Both the position numbers and the translations under genes were made by a program. DNA of 64,000 nt from Leptospirales bacterium (GTDB taxonomy: Bacteria; Spirochaetota; Leptospiria; Turneriellales; JAOUFE01), in NCBI GenBank assembly GCA_040326155.1, contig JBEQLE010000004.1, forward strand, positions 27,829 to 91,828. The letters run 5' to 3'. Below are positions 10,010 to 20,309 of this stretch, piece after piece. Each line of letters begins with the position of its first letter. Within the stretch, counting starts at the first letter, position 1. The notes beneath the pieces are model-generated. The model made no database searches, was not told where the DNA came from, and saw nothing but the letters and a program-made list of their open reading frames with translations.

Positions 10010-10922
10010 AGGGCTCGGCTCCTCTTATCCACTTCATAATTTCACCTCGCTGTTTTATCAGGTAGAAAAAAGAAACGGCAATAAATACCAGAGAAATAAA
10101 CTGTCCCTGGGTAATCGGAATTTCCCCGAAAGGCAAGGTAACGGGGGGGTTTAACCGAATAATTTCAACCAAAAAGCGAACTAAACTATGAAGTATAATA
10201 AAAGTAACAAATTTTACCCCTACCGGCCACTCTCTGGTCCGCTTCAAAAAGAAGAAAGCAAAAAGTAAAAGTGAAAAAGTGGCTTCATAAAAAGGAGTAT
10301 TATACACAACAACATCGGGACCGTGGTCTCGAACAAGTTCGGCCCAGGTATCCTGAGCGGCGCCGTTTGGAAAAGACATTGCAAAAGGAGCGCGCCAACC
10401 TAAATCGCATGCTATTCCATAACATCCATCCCCGGAAAACAAGCAACCTAAACGTCCAAACATATACCCAATAGCCAAAGAAGGGGTAACAATATCACCC
10501 ATTCTAAGATACGGAATTTTTACATATCGTAAATAAAAAACCATGGCCAGACTGGCTACGAGAGCTCCACCATACCAGGTCAATCCACCCAGACTGAATA
10601 GCTGTTTAAAAAACCCACTGAAGCCATACCAACTATCGGAAGTTTCCCAGACAAAGAACAGTTTGGCTCCGGCAATGCCACCAAGAACCAGTATAATAAT
10701 AATCGTGTCGGCCATAGGTACGGGCATACCAAGCCGATGAAACTCTTTTTGAAGAAGGAAGTTTGCGGTAAGAAAACCACAGGCCATCATTAAGCCATAA
10801 GTAGATAGACGAATCCAGCTATCTTCAGCTAGAAAATCGGCGGTAATAAATCCGCCTTTATAATGACATCCGGCAAGAAAAAGAACCGAAACGAGTGCAA
10901 ATAAGAGTGTTTTCAGACGCAT
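9990..10922 (-). CDS. lgt: Prolipoprotein diacylglyceryl transferase
   Basis: GGLTWYGG, GRLGCLFSGDGCYG, RFLVEIIR motifs; ATG 10922 preferred. Confidence 0.9.
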   Translation of the reverse strand: MRLKTLLFALVSVLFLAGCHYKGGFITADFLAEDSWIRLSTYGLMMACGFLTANFLLQKEFHRLGMPVPMADTIIIILVLGGIAGAKLFFVWETSDSWYGFSGFFKQLFSLGGLTWYGGALVASLAMVFYLRYVKIPYLRMGDIVTPSLAIGYMFGRLGCLFSGDGCYGIACDLGWRAPFAMSFPNGAAQDTWAELVRDHGPDVVVYNTPFYEATFSLLLFAFFFLKRTREWPVGVKFVTFIILHSLVRFLVEIIRLNPPVTLPFGEIPITQGQFISLVFIAVSFFYLIKQRGEIMKWIRGAEPYGTGNK

Positions 10923-10960
10923 GATAATAAATGAATTTTCCAAATGGGTGGTCAAGGACT

Positions 10961-13708
10961 TTATACGCGAACACCAAGAGATTCTTTTACAATTCGATTT
11001 TGTTCTTTTTCATGTAATTTATAGATTCCTTCTGCAGGCACCGCCGAAGATGGGCGTGAAACAACTGAAAGACCTGCCCTCTCAGGAATAAGTTTTATAA
11101 GCTGATCTCGAATATAAGAGTTCGCTCCCATGTTTTCAGGTTCTTCTTGAGCCCACACAAACTCGGTAGCATTCGAATATTGGTTTATGACTTGCTTTAA
11201 CTCAACTTCGGGAAAAGGATACAATTGTTCGACTCTTACAAGGGAAACATGAACCAGATTTTTTTCATCCCGAACTTTTTGAATGTCGTAATAAATTTTA
11301 CCCGAACAAAAAATTACCCTTTTCGGATTTAGCAGCCTATCCCAGATAACGGGTAAAAAACCATCGTTATAAAAATCTTTAAGTTCGGAGAACGACTCTG
11401 TATAACGCAAAAGACTTTTCGGAGTAAACACCAGCAGAGGTTTTCGGTCGTGTAAAACCATCTGACGGCGTAGCGCGTGAAAATACTGCGCCGGGGTGGT
11501 TAAATTCACTATGCGCATATTCTCTTGAGAGGCCATCTGTAAAAAACGTTCGAGCCGGGCGCTGGAGTGTTCAGGCCCCTGCCCCTCATAACCATGCGGC
11601 AATAACATCGTCAAAGCGCTTTTTCTGTGCCATTTTTGTTCTGCAGAAGAGATAAACTGGTCAAAAATTACCTGGGCTCCGTTTGCAAAATCACCAAACT
11701 GAGCTTCCCAGATTACTAAACCGTATGGGTCAACAAGTGAATACCCAAACTCGTACCCGAGCACGGCAAATTCAGAGAGAGGGGAATTTACAAATTCTAC
11801 TCCCCTCTCTGTGATGTTCTCAAAAGGAGAAAATTTTGTTCCCGTGTTATAATCAGCTAAAACAGCATGCCTGTGTGAAAAAGTTCCACGGCTGACATCT
11901 TGTCCGCTGAATCTAACCCAAAATTTATCTTTCAATAGTCCCGCCAGAGCCAATGACTCTGCGGCAGCCCAATCAAGAGGTTTTTTTTCTTGAACCATCT
12001 GTTCCCGGGTAGTATAATAACGTTCGAGTTTAGGGTGTAATTTGAATCCGTCTGGAAATTGTACAAGTGTTCGTCCCAGCTCTTTTAGTTCCATTTTCGA
12101 GGGTATAACAGATATTTTATTTGAATTATGAATAGAACTCCAATTGCCTTTCATTGTATCGACTTCCATTTTTACATCTTGTTCACGCTGGTCATGTAAC
12201 CCGTTTTTAAGTTCTTTTTGGTATTTTTCCTTTGCTAAAGTAATAAATTCATCCGAATTTCCTCTTTCTTTTAAAATTTTTTCATAACCTGCTAAAGCGC
12301 CCGGATGTTTTTTAATAATTTTATAAAGAAAAGGCTGAGTAAAAGAGGGTTCATCAGTTTCATTGTGTCCCAGTTTTCGATATACGACCAAGTCAATTAC
12401 AATATCTTTATGAAATGTATGACGGTAGCGAATAGCGAGCAAGGCCGCTTTATAAACCGCTTCGGCGTCGTCTCCATTTACATGAATAACCGGTACATGG
12501 TATCCCCTCGCAGGGTCAGTTGCGTGAGGCCCTCCTCGCGAATCACTCGGATCGGTGGTAAACCCAATCTGGTTATTCAATACAATATGGATGGTACCGC
12601 CTGTGCTGAAGCCCTCTACTTTTGACAGGTTCAACGCCTCGGCAACAACCCCCTGGCCGGCAAAAGCTGCGTCGCCATGTATTACAATACCATAATACTT
12701 ATTTCGCAGGGTATCTTTTGCCAGTGTCTGTCTGGCTCTTACAGAACCATTCACGACGGGGTGAACAGCTTCAAGATGAGAAGGATTAAACATTAAAGTC
12801 ACTTTAAGGTTTTTAGTTTCGGAAAGTTTTCTGATGGCAGAATACCCAAGGTGGTATTTTACATCGGAATAATCGGGAGTCGCGGGGTCAAAATTTTCGT
12901 TAAATTCGGCAAAGATTTTAGAAAGAGGTTTTTCCAATACGTTCGCCAGAACATTCAGACGACCCCGGTGGGCCATGCCCAGAACGACCCCTTCTGCGGA
13001 AGAAAATTCTGCTTCTCTTAGTAGACTGTTCAATAGAACGATCAGACTTTCACCCCCTTCCAGAGAAAAACGTTTTTTACCCGGAAATTTATTGCCTGAA
13101 AACTTTTCAAAATATTCAGCCTTAATAAGGTCGAGAAATATTTGTTTTTGTATAGAGGTTTCAGGAACACTGAAAAATGAATCTGATTCCACTTGTTTAT
13201 AAAACCATGACTTCTCTGCTTGTTTATCAAGATGAGAAATTTCCAACCCGATGGTGTCGCAATAAATTCTCTCAAACATAGAAATTAATTTTTCGAGAGA
13301 GGATGTTCCAAATGCGACGTGGGTAACACTCTTTTTCAACTCTTCGGGGGAAAAACTTTCAATACTTTTTTTGAGCCATGTTCGCTCGGGCATACGCATT
13401 CCCAGGGGGTCAATGCCGGCGGCATAATGGCCGTAATTTCGATACGTGTTCAGTAAAAGTTCTACCCTGGAAAGCTCCAGCGTACCAGTTGGTGCGACAG
13501 TTTGGCTTACAACAGGGGAGCCCGATAATGAAAAACTGTCTCTATTTGACTCATAGGCAGAAAAGAGCGCCCTCCATTCAGAATCGACTGAAAGTGTATC
13601 TTTTCGGTAGCTGGCATAAAGGTCTTCTAATAAAGACAGATTCTCCCCGGAGAATGCTGGTAATATTGATTTGTCAGTAATGTTCACCGGTTCGGACTCC
13701 TTAGACAT
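10961..13708 (-). CDS. sucA: 2-oxoglutarate dehydrogenase E1
   Basis: KRFSLEGGES, GMAHRGRLN, HGDAAFAGQG, WEAQFGDFANGAQ, HGYEGQGPEHSSAR motifs. Confidence 0.97.
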   Translation of the reverse strand: MSKESEPVNITDKSILPAFSGENLSLLEDLYASYRKDTLSVDSEWRALFSAYESNRDSFSLSGSPVVSQTVAPTGTLELSRVELLLNTYRNYGHYAAGIDPLGMRMPERTWLKKSIESFSPEELKKSVTHVAFGTSSLEKLISMFERIYCDTIGLEISHLDKQAEKSWFYKQVESDSFFSVPETSIQKQIFLDLIKAEYFEKFSGNKFPGKKRFSLEGGESLIVLLNSLLREAEFSSAEGVVLGMAHRGRLNVLANVLEKPLSKIFAEFNENFDPATPDYSDVKYHLGYSAIRKLSETKNLKVTLMFNPSHLEAVHPVVNGSVRARQTLAKDTLRNKYYGIVIHGDAAFAGQGVVAEALNLSKVEGFSTGGTIHIVLNNQIGFTTDPSDSRGGPHATDPARGYHVPVIHVNGDDAEAVYKAALLAIRYRHTFHKDIVIDLVVYRKLGHNETDEPSFTQPFLYKIIKKHPGALAGYEKILKERGNSDEFITLAKEKYQKELKNGLHDQREQDVKMEVDTMKGNWSSIHNSNKISVIPSKMELKELGRTLVQFPDGFKLHPKLERYYTTREQMVQEKKPLDWAAAESLALAGLLKDKFWVRFSGQDVSRGTFSHRHAVLADYNTGTKFSPFENITERGVEFVNSPLSEFAVLGYEFGYSLVDPYGLVIWEAQFGDFANGAQVIFDQFISSAEQKWHRKSALTMLLPHGYEGQGPEHSSARLERFLQMASQENMRIVNLTTPAQYFHALRRQMVLHDRKPLLVFTPKSLLRYTESFSELKDFYNDGFLPVIWDRLLNPKRVIFCSGKIYYDIQKVRDEKNLVHVSLVRVEQLYPFPEVELKQVINQYSNATEFVWAQEEPENMGANSYIRDQLIKLIPERAGLSVVSRPSSAVPAEGIYKLHEKEQNRIVKESLGVRV

Positions 13709-13777
13709 AGGACGAACCAAATTAGTTTTTTATAATATATGGATATTAAAATGCAAGATAAAAGTGAAATAAAATTT

Positions 13778-13818
13778 TTTCATTAAAAAACCGGGATTAA
13801 CCCGGTTTTTTAATGAAA
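13778..13818. terminator. Long hairpin, probable intrinsic terminator
   Basis: tttcattaaaaaaccggg-attaa-cccggttttttaatgaaa perfect inverted repeat downstream of the 13881-14750 gene. Confidence 0.7.
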
Positions 13819-13880
13819 TGAATCGACGACAAACAGTAAGAATTTGTTCCTGCTGTTTGTTTCTATATATTATTGTCGCC

Positions 13881-14750
13881 CTAATTTGTTTTTTTGGTCT
13901 TAACCTCAACTTCTTTATCGTACACCAGATTCTTTGCGTCACTGGCATCTCTTTTAAATTCTTCTGGAATTCTCGGGTCCAATACCGGGGGCATATTGGC
14001 CTCGACTGCAAAACGATTATCGCGTAGGTCAGTTTGAACCGTATATATATCGTTTCTATTCAACAACTGATATATTCTTACAACATTCAGTTTAGACTTT
14101 CTACAATAGTTAATCGCAGCAAGGTATCTTTCAATTCGCATAGCATGATATCTGGGGTCTGGTTTTTTACCATCTTCAAACCATTTCTCAAGATCGATTC
14201 CCGCTTTACGAATTCGACGCGCTTCAGTAAGCCGCTCGTAACCCATTTCAATATTACGGAAAATAGTATAACGGTCATACGTGAGGTGAAACTCAGTAGG
14301 GTCATAAGAGCGGGCTTCGCCGGGGTCAATATCAACCCCATACCGGCGTACAAGCTCTGAGTTTTTATCAAACTTAACACGCAAGTCGACGAAATTCTTA
14401 ATTACCCTTTGCAACATGGTTGACGTACGCTCGATATAATTAAGACTCATTTGCTCAAAAAGTTTTTCGAGCTTTTGCTGGGTTGCCAGCTGAGTTTTAT
14501 ATGAATCAACATAGTTTCTTTCTAAAAACAAAGAAAGTCCGGCAAGGTAGTCATTTTTAATTACTTCAAACTCTTTTTTTTGATCTTCCGTACCGAAATT
14601 TAGTATAGCCACTTCAATACCGACTATAAATTTTTGATTTTCGGCAGTCTTTTCTTTTGCTTTTTGACTGGGCGGAACCGCCACAACCGAGCCGATGTAT
14701 CCGAAAAATACGGAAACTAATATAATAGCTTTAATTTTTTTTATATTCAT
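13881..14750 (-). CDS. Exported protein resembling the Leptospira LIC11274 family
   Basis: Signal peptide; YDPTEFHLTYDRYTIFRNIEMGY, RIERYLAAIN and DPRIPEEF segments match my recollection of that family (not searched); GAAGGGG SD. Confidence 0.7.
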   Translation of the reverse strand: MNIKKIKAIILVSVFFGYIGSVVAVPPSQKAKEKTAENQKFIVGIEVAILNFGTEDQKKEFEVIKNDYLAGLSLFLERNYVDSYKTQLATQQKLEKLFEQMSLNYIERTSTMLQRVIKNFVDLRVKFDKNSELVRRYGVDIDPGEARSYDPTEFHLTYDRYTIFRNIEMGYERLTEARRIRKAGIDLEKWFEDGKKPDPRYHAMRIERYLAAINYCRKSKLNVVRIYQLLNRNDIYTVQTDLRDNRFAVEANMPPVLDPRIPEEFKRDASDAKNLVYDKEVEVKTKKTN

Positions 14751-14800
14751 TGTAATCCCCTTCACTTTAATCTATTGCTTTAATAGAATCCTACGTTTCA

Positions 14801-14828
14801 TTATCGACCTGAATACGTAAACTTCTTA
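14801..14828 (-). promoter_or_regulatory. Possible sigma28 (FliA) promoter
   Basis: Minus strand TAAG-N16-GTCGATAA versus consensus TAAA-N15-GCCGATAA. Confidence 0.5.
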
Positions 14829-14932
14829 AATGTATTATTAGAAAATAATGTCAACATTTTTATTATGAACAAATGACAATTAAATGGCTAAATAGCGAAG
14901 ATCCGAGATAAAACATTCGATAATAAAAATAA

Positions 14933-16267
14933 ATGCTGAAAAACAGAGTCATATTACCGGAAAATCGTTACAAAGAAATATGGGATATCTATATAATATT
15001 AATTACCCTGTTTACAGCAATAGAAGTTCCGCTTCGCCTGGCCTTTTCTTACACTACCGGAACGTCAATTTTTCAGATAGAAGTATTAATCAGCATTTCA
15101 TTTGCTTTTGATATTATTATGAATTTTCATATGGCATATAAGTCGGGAACCGGGTACATTACATCGAAATCAAAAATTGCGTCGAGGTATCTGCGCGGGT
15201 GGTTTACCATGGACCTTCTTGCGACGATTCCCTTTTTTCTATTCACCGGAGTTTTAGCAGCAGAAGGCGCTCACTCCTTACGCATATTAAGGCTTTTTCA
15301 GCTGAATCGCATTATAAAGTTGCTGGGAATTGCTCGTTTTACAAAAAACTGGGAAAGACACCACTCACTGAATCCATCGATGTACAGGCTAATTTTCTTT
15401 ATTATTTTTATCTCATTGGCAGCTCACTGGATAGCTTGCGGCTGGATGCTTCTTGGCGGGGTTTCTGATTTTTCAGGAACTCTGTTTGAAACCTATACCT
15501 GGGCACTGTATTGGGCCATAACTACGTTAACAACAGTGGGGTACGGGGATGTAACTCCTACCACTGTGGGGCAGCAATATTATACCATGATGGTTATGAT
15601 TGCAGGGGTTGGCACGTATGGATATGTTATTGGTAACGTGGCGAGTTTTTTAGCAAACATGGATCTTGTTAAAGCAGGATACCGTAAAAAAATGGAAGAA
15701 ATTACAGCTTTCTTAAATTACCGATCTGTTCCGCCGGAACTACAACAGAGGGTGCATGAATATTATGAACACCTCTGGGAAAGCCGTCTCGGTCACGACG
15801 AAGAGAGTGTATTAAACGATATTCCGAATCCCCTGAAAACAGACTTAGCTTTATATATGCGACAAGATTTAATAAAAAAGGTTCCGTTTTTTGCCGAGGG
15901 AAGTGAGTCGCTTTTAAGAGATCTGGTTATGGCGCTACGTCCACGGGTCTATCTGCCCGGAGCGTATATTATTCGAAAAGGTGATATGGGAACATGCATG
16001 TATATTATCAGTACGGGAACGGTAGAAGTTGTTTCGGAAGATGAAAAAAAGATATATGCAACACTCAACGAGGGTACTTTTGTCGGGGAGATGGCTCTGG
16101 TTCTGGAGCAACCTCGAACGGCTAATGTACGAACACGAGAATATTGCGATTTGTACATTCTAGAAAAAGAAGATTTTGATGATGTCCTGAAAAATCACCC
16201 CTCCTTTGCAAAATTCATACGCAAAGTAACAAATGAAAGATTAAAAGAATATAAAAAACGACATTAA
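14933..16267 (+). CDS. Cyclic-nucleotide-gated K+ channel (LliK/SthK-like)
   Basis: 6 TM helices, S4 LRILRLFQLNRIIK, filter TTVGYGD, CNBD with GEMAL...RTANV. Confidence 0.95.
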   Translation: MLKNRVILPENRYKEIWDIYIILITLFTAIEVPLRLAFSYTTGTSIFQIEVLISISFAFDIIMNFHMAYKSGTGYITSKSKIASRYLRGWFTMDLLATIPFFLFTGVLAAEGAHSLRILRLFQLNRIIKLLGIARFTKNWERHHSLNPSMYRLIFFIIFISLAAHWIACGWMLLGGVSDFSGTLFETYTWALYWAITTLTTVGYGDVTPTTVGQQYYTMMVMIAGVGTYGYVIGNVASFLANMDLVKAGYRKKMEEITAFLNYRSVPPELQQRVHEYYEHLWESRLGHDEESVLNDIPNPLKTDLALYMRQDLIKKVPFFAEGSESLLRDLVMALRPRVYLPGAYIIRKGDMGTCMYIISTGTVEVVSEDEKKIYATLNEGTFVGEMALVLEQPRTANVRTREYCDLYILEKEDFDDVLKNHPSFAKFIRKVTNERLKEYKKRH

Positions 16268-16364
16268 TGCGAAGTTACCGACCATACGGGCAGAGAATTC
16301 CCTATTTTCCCCGCATAATGTCCAAAACAGCTTTACATAGGGGCGGCAAGCTTCACGTAAGCAA

Positions 16365-17564
16365 ATGAACGCAGACAAGCTCGGTTATTTTGGTCATTTT
16401 GGCGGACGATATGTTTCGGAACTACTCATGCCAGCGCTTATTGAACTTGAAGCGGCTTATAATAAATTTCGAAAAGATAAAGACTTTCGCAAAGAATACG
16501 ATTTTATACTACGTGAATATGCAGGACGTCCCACAAACCTATACCTTGCGCCACGAATTTCTGAGAAATGGAAAGCTAAGGTTTATTTAAAAAGAGAAGA
16601 CACCTTACATACAGGTGCTCATAAAATAAATAACACGCTCGGGCAAACTTTGTTAGCGAGTAAAATGAATAAAAAAAGAATTATCGCAGAAACAGGTGCG
16701 GGTCAACACGGAGTTGCAACGGCCACAGCGTGCAGCTTATTCAATTTACCATGCACTATATATATGGGCGAAGAAGATTTAAGACGCCAGGCCCTCAATG
16801 GATTTCGAATTGGTCTGCTGGGCGCCGAAATTATCGGAGCCGGGGGAAAAAAGGGAACATTACGTGACGCAGTTTCTGAGGCCCTTCGCGACTGGGCAAA
16901 AAACGTAGGCGATACCCATTACGTTCTTGGTTCAGCCGTCGGCCCCCACCCCTTTCCTACTATGGTTCGAGATTTTCAATCTGTTATCGGTAAAGAAACC
17001 AGAAAACAGATTATTACAAAGGAAGGAACACTACCACACGCTGTAATTGCCTGCGTTGGCGGGGGCTCGAATGCAATCGGAATGTTCCATGGGTTCTTAA
17101 AAGACACCAAAGTAAAACTAATCGGCGTGGAAGCAGCAGGACATGGTTTAAACAAAGGTTTACACTCAGCAAAACTCGCAAAAGGAAAGCCGGGCATATT
17201 TCAAGGCTCACTCAGCTATGTTTTACAAAATGGAGACGGGCTGGTACAACCGGTTCACTCGGTTTCTGCGGGTCTCGATTACCCCGGCGTTGGGCCCGAA
17301 CACGCCTATTTAAAAGACAGCGGACGCGCCGTATATGAGTCCATTACGGACGATGAAGCGCTCGCTGCATTTTGTGAACTTTCCGAACAAGAAGGAATAA
17401 TACCAGCTCTTGAAAGTTCCCATGCCATTGCGTATGCCAAAAAGTGGATTCGTAAATCTCAAAAATCGGGACTAAAACAACCTGTTGTCATTGTAAACCT
17501 TTCGGGTCGAGGGGACAAAGACGTAGCCGAAGTTCAAAGAGTTCTGTCAGAAAAAAACAAATAG
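16365..17564 (+). CDS. trpB: Tryptophan synthase beta chain
   Basis: [40 protein letters not shown] motifs. Confidence 0.98.
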   Translation: MNADKLGYFGHFGGRYVSELLMPALIELEAAYNKFRKDKDFRKEYDFILREYAGRPTNLYLAPRISEKWKAKVYLKREDTLHTGAHKINNTLGQTLLASKMNKKRIIAETGAGQHGVATATACSLFNLPCTIYMGEEDLRRQALNGFRIGLLGAEIIGAGGKKGTLRDAVSEALRDWAKNVGDTHYVLGSAVGPHPFPTMVRDFQSVIGKETRKQIITKEGTLPHAVIACVGGGSNAIGMFHGFLKDTKVKLIGVEAAGHGLNKGLHSAKLAKGKPGIFQGSLSYVLQNGDGLVQPVHSVSAGLDYPGVGPEHAYLKDSGRAVYESITDDEALAAFCELSEQEGIIPALESSHAIAYAKKWIRKSQKSGLKQPVVIVNLSGRGDKDVAEVQRVLSEKNK

Positions 17565-17569
17565 GCAGT

Positions 17570-18322
17570 TTGGAATTGGCCCTGCATATATATAAACTCG
17601 ATTCAACAAACCCGTTTTTAAACCTGGCTACAGAGGAGTACTTTCTAAACCAGGTTAATAAATTAGATGAGAACGCTTACCTGTTTTTCTATGAAAATTC
17701 CTCGTCCGTCATTCTGGGAAAAACCCTGGACCTACCCAAAGAAGTCTACAGCCATAAAAAACTCCCGTTTACAATACGACGCTCCTCCGGTGGAGGCAGT
17801 GTCGCACACTTCCCGGGAAATCTCAATTACGGAATATTACTTAGCCTTGAACATTACCCCGAGCTGAACAATATCTCAAATTCATACCAGATTATACTCC
17901 AGACATTGGCCAAAGCCATCTACCCTGCCTTAGCCGTACAGGTAGCCGGTATATCCGATTTATCGATTGCCCAAAAAGGAGAGTTAAAAAAAATCTCAGG
18001 AAATGCTCAAACACGAAAAAGAAAATGGCTTTTACACCACGGAACTCTAATATACGATACTACTCATTTGTCGCAAATATCATACTACTTAAAGCCACCG
18101 CCCAAAGAACCCGATTACAGGCAATCTCGAAAACATAATGACTTCTTATTGAAAAAAGTTCCACAGCAAGGCAAACATAGAATTATTCGGTCCATTATAG
18201 CCGCATTTTCCCAAAAATTCGACCAAACCCCGGCATGCAAAAAACTCATTCCTGAACAAAAACAGGAAATTCGCAAATACTGTACATCCTTCATACAAGA
18301 ACGTCGGTTATCCTTGAAATAG
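17570..18322 (+). CDS. Lipoate-protein ligase A family protein
   Basis: NLATEE, RRSSGGGSV, KKISGNAQ, LHHGTL motifs. Confidence 0.9.
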   Translation: MELALHIYKLDSTNPFLNLATEEYFLNQVNKLDENAYLFFYENSSSVILGKTLDLPKEVYSHKKLPFTIRRSSGGGSVAHFPGNLNYGILLSLEHYPELNNISNSYQIILQTLAKAIYPALAVQVAGISDLSIAQKGELKKISGNAQTRKRKWLLHHGTLIYDTTHLSQISYYLKPPPKEPDYRQSRKHNDFLLKKVPQQGKHRIIRSIIAAFSQKFDQTPACKKLIPEQKQEIRKYCTSFIQERRLSLK

Positions 18323-18468
18323 TCCAATTTTGAACCCGATTCAGATCAAAAATCGATTAAGGGGAAAAGCTAGTAGCCAACTCTACGCGAATTCACCCCT
18401 TTTCCCTGACTCCGACCACCGTAAAAAACGGCGTTCTCCATCACCCAATACGAAATTTCATTGGCGTC

Positions 18469-18640
18469 GTTCAAAAACCAAGCTTTTTGGCCACAAATAA
18501 CTTCAAACCAAAATCGAACGAAGCGACGAAAGTTCCCCGAAGCGAGCTGGCAAAAACCACGTTTTTTGACAGCGTAAAAACTTCAAACGAACATCGAACG
18601 AAGCGACACAAAATAACCGAAGGATTATTTTGTGCACTAA
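18469..18640 (+). repeat. Repeat family B, copy B1 (18536-18640) preceded by a partial tandem copy
   Basis: ctggcaaaaa-ccacgt-tttttgacag ... aacttcaaac...atcgaacgaagcga-cacaaaataa-ccgaagga-ttattttgtg; the linker occurs twice (18499-18527 and 18579-18607). Confidence 0.85.
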
Positions 18641-18645
18641 AATGT

Positions 18646-18987
18646 CTAGTTTCTGTAACTATACTTCAGCTGATCGGCTTTAGCAAACCACATGCCAGCC
18701 TCAACCTCGTCACCTAGAAGCTCTTCGTAATAGTATCCAATATCTTCGTATGTTTGTACATTCAGTGGATTAATTTTTAGAGCTCTTTTATAACTCAGTA
18801 GAGCATCCGTAATATCGTTCGAGTCTTTCGTACAAAGAACAATCAGGTGTCCTCGTAGTACCCACAACCGTTCTGAAGATGGGTTTTCCACAATACCTTC
18901 TTCAATCAGCTCTATGACTTCATACGGGACATCACCCTCATCAGGAAAAATCGAACGTATTTGATCTATATAATCTTCTTCACTCAT
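18646..18987 (-). CDS. Small TPR protein
   Basis: ALLSYKRALKINPLNVQTYEDIGYYY TPR pattern. Confidence 0.75.
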   Translation of the reverse strand: MSEEDYIDQIRSIFPDEGDVPYEVIELIEEGIVENPSSERLWVLRGHLIVLCTKDSNDITDALLSYKRALKINPLNVQTYEDIGYYYEELLGDEVEAGMWFAKADQLKYSYRN

Positions 18988-19334
18988 ATTCTTTACAAAT
19001 AAAAGCTTATAGAAGCTTAAGCTGATCGCATACAGTCAGTGTGCTTGAAAGAAAGTGCCCCTGGAGAGTCGTCCGTGTAACCTGTTTTTTAATTTTCCGC
19101 ATATCTTTACCCCTTGTACCGAAAATAGCTACTTTTCGATGTTTTTATATTTTTTAAACAAATAAGATGCGCGTAACGAATTTTATTTATATAAAGGAGT
19201 ATGACCCATTTCTTTTTACTCAGTCAACATTTTTTTTCAATATTTGACAGCATTTTCAAAAATATTAAAAACCGATACGCCCTGAAATTAGCATAAATTT
19301 GATCAATTTAATAGACAATCTGCTCTATTTAGCT

Positions 19335-19366
19335 TACCATGTGAGTAAGCATTTACTTACATGGTA
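19335..19366. promoter_or_regulatory. Palindromic operator-like site
   Basis: taccatgtgagtaa-gcat-ttacttacatggta, 14-bp arms with 1 mismatch, 40 nt upstream of ATG 19407. Confidence 0.6.
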
Positions 19367-19406
19367 TAGCCCTGAAAACTAAAAGCACCTAAGTACGGAG
19401 AAAAAC

Positions 19407-19589
19407 ATGTATTACCATTATAAATTCTTTAAAAATGAAGACGACCATTGGCCCGACTTCTCCGATGAAAAACAATTGAAACCAGACCAACCCACCAACA
19501 CCGAAAAAACCAAAAGAATCGAACTTGATGTTGCCAGCGACAACCAAACATCAAACGAAGCGACTAACTCTAGTGCTGTGTCTGGATAA
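19407..19589 (+). pseudogene. Short ORF running into repeat A3; possible degenerate gene
   Basis: GGAG SD; the stop codon is supplied by element A3; 3' half is A/C-skewed. Confidence 0.35.
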
Positions 19590-19682
19590 TAAGTTATTTT
19601 ATTATTCAATAAAAACCTTATCCAGAGACAGCTAAGTCATAGACTCTGAGTGCAAAAGGCACTTCGAGTGGCGTTTCCGCTT
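19570..19682 (+). mobile_element. MITE-like repeat family A, copy A3 (3'-truncated)
   Basis: Almost identical to 4903-5015 (one substitution seen); ends at the stop codon of the convergent gene. Confidence 0.85.
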
Positions 19683-20133
19683 ACTCTTTTTCTGCCCAGT
19701 CTTTCATTTTTCTTTTTAGTTTTTCTTCCACTTTTTTTGCAATTTCTCGCCACTCTTCGTCATCTTCTTCTTCGGCCCACTCGTGACAATATTCCGAAAA
19801 TTTTCTTTCAAACTTTTGCCACTCTCGTGTTTTTTTTCGAGACTTTACCTGTCCGCCTTTACTTGCTCCGCCCCAGATAGAAACAGCTCCCATTAAAAAT
19901 CCGAAATCATACCATCCTCCGGTATTATTAATTTCGTAGACTCGAACCGTATCAGAAAAAATTCCAATAATCAGAGTCACAATACTAATGGCCCCGTGCC
20001 AAAGTCCTGCCCAGAACCCAGCCGGAGCCTCGGACACATATTTTGGATCGCCGGCAGCGCATCCAGAAAATACAATTAAAATAAAAAATAAGAAAAACGG
20101 CAATACCATTCTACGTTTTTTATAAAAACTCAT
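19681..20133 (-). CDS. Hypothetical membrane lipoprotein
   Basis: FSGC lipobox; GFWAGLWHG...YEINNTGGWYDFGFLMG; GGAGG SD. Confidence 0.75.
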   Translation of the reverse strand: MSFYKKRRMVLPFFLFFILIVFSGCAAGDPKYVSEAPAGFWAGLWHGAISIVTLIIGIFSDTVRVYEINNTGGWYDFGFLMGAVSIWGGASKGGQVKSRKKTREWQKFERKFSEYCHEWAEEEDDEEWREIAKKVEEKLKRKMKDWAEKE

Positions 20134-20309
20134 ATACTCCCCCTCCATCAGTCAAAAATAACCTGAGCTAAAAAATAGAATTATTTAAAATGCTCCAGCC
20201 AATACCAATATACATATATTTTTTATCATGGGAATCTCTTTTTTTTATATCCCATCTTGCTTAAGACAATAACTTGACTTCAAATGTTTAAATTAATATA
20301 TTTCTACTT

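Noticed and set aside
13881..14750. FcpA or FcpB flagellar sheath protein
   Set aside because: Similar size and signal peptide, but the sequence does not match what I recall of either protein
16268..16364. trp attenuator or T-box before trpB
   Set aside because: No Trp-codon leader peptide or T-box consensus seen in this 97-bp gap
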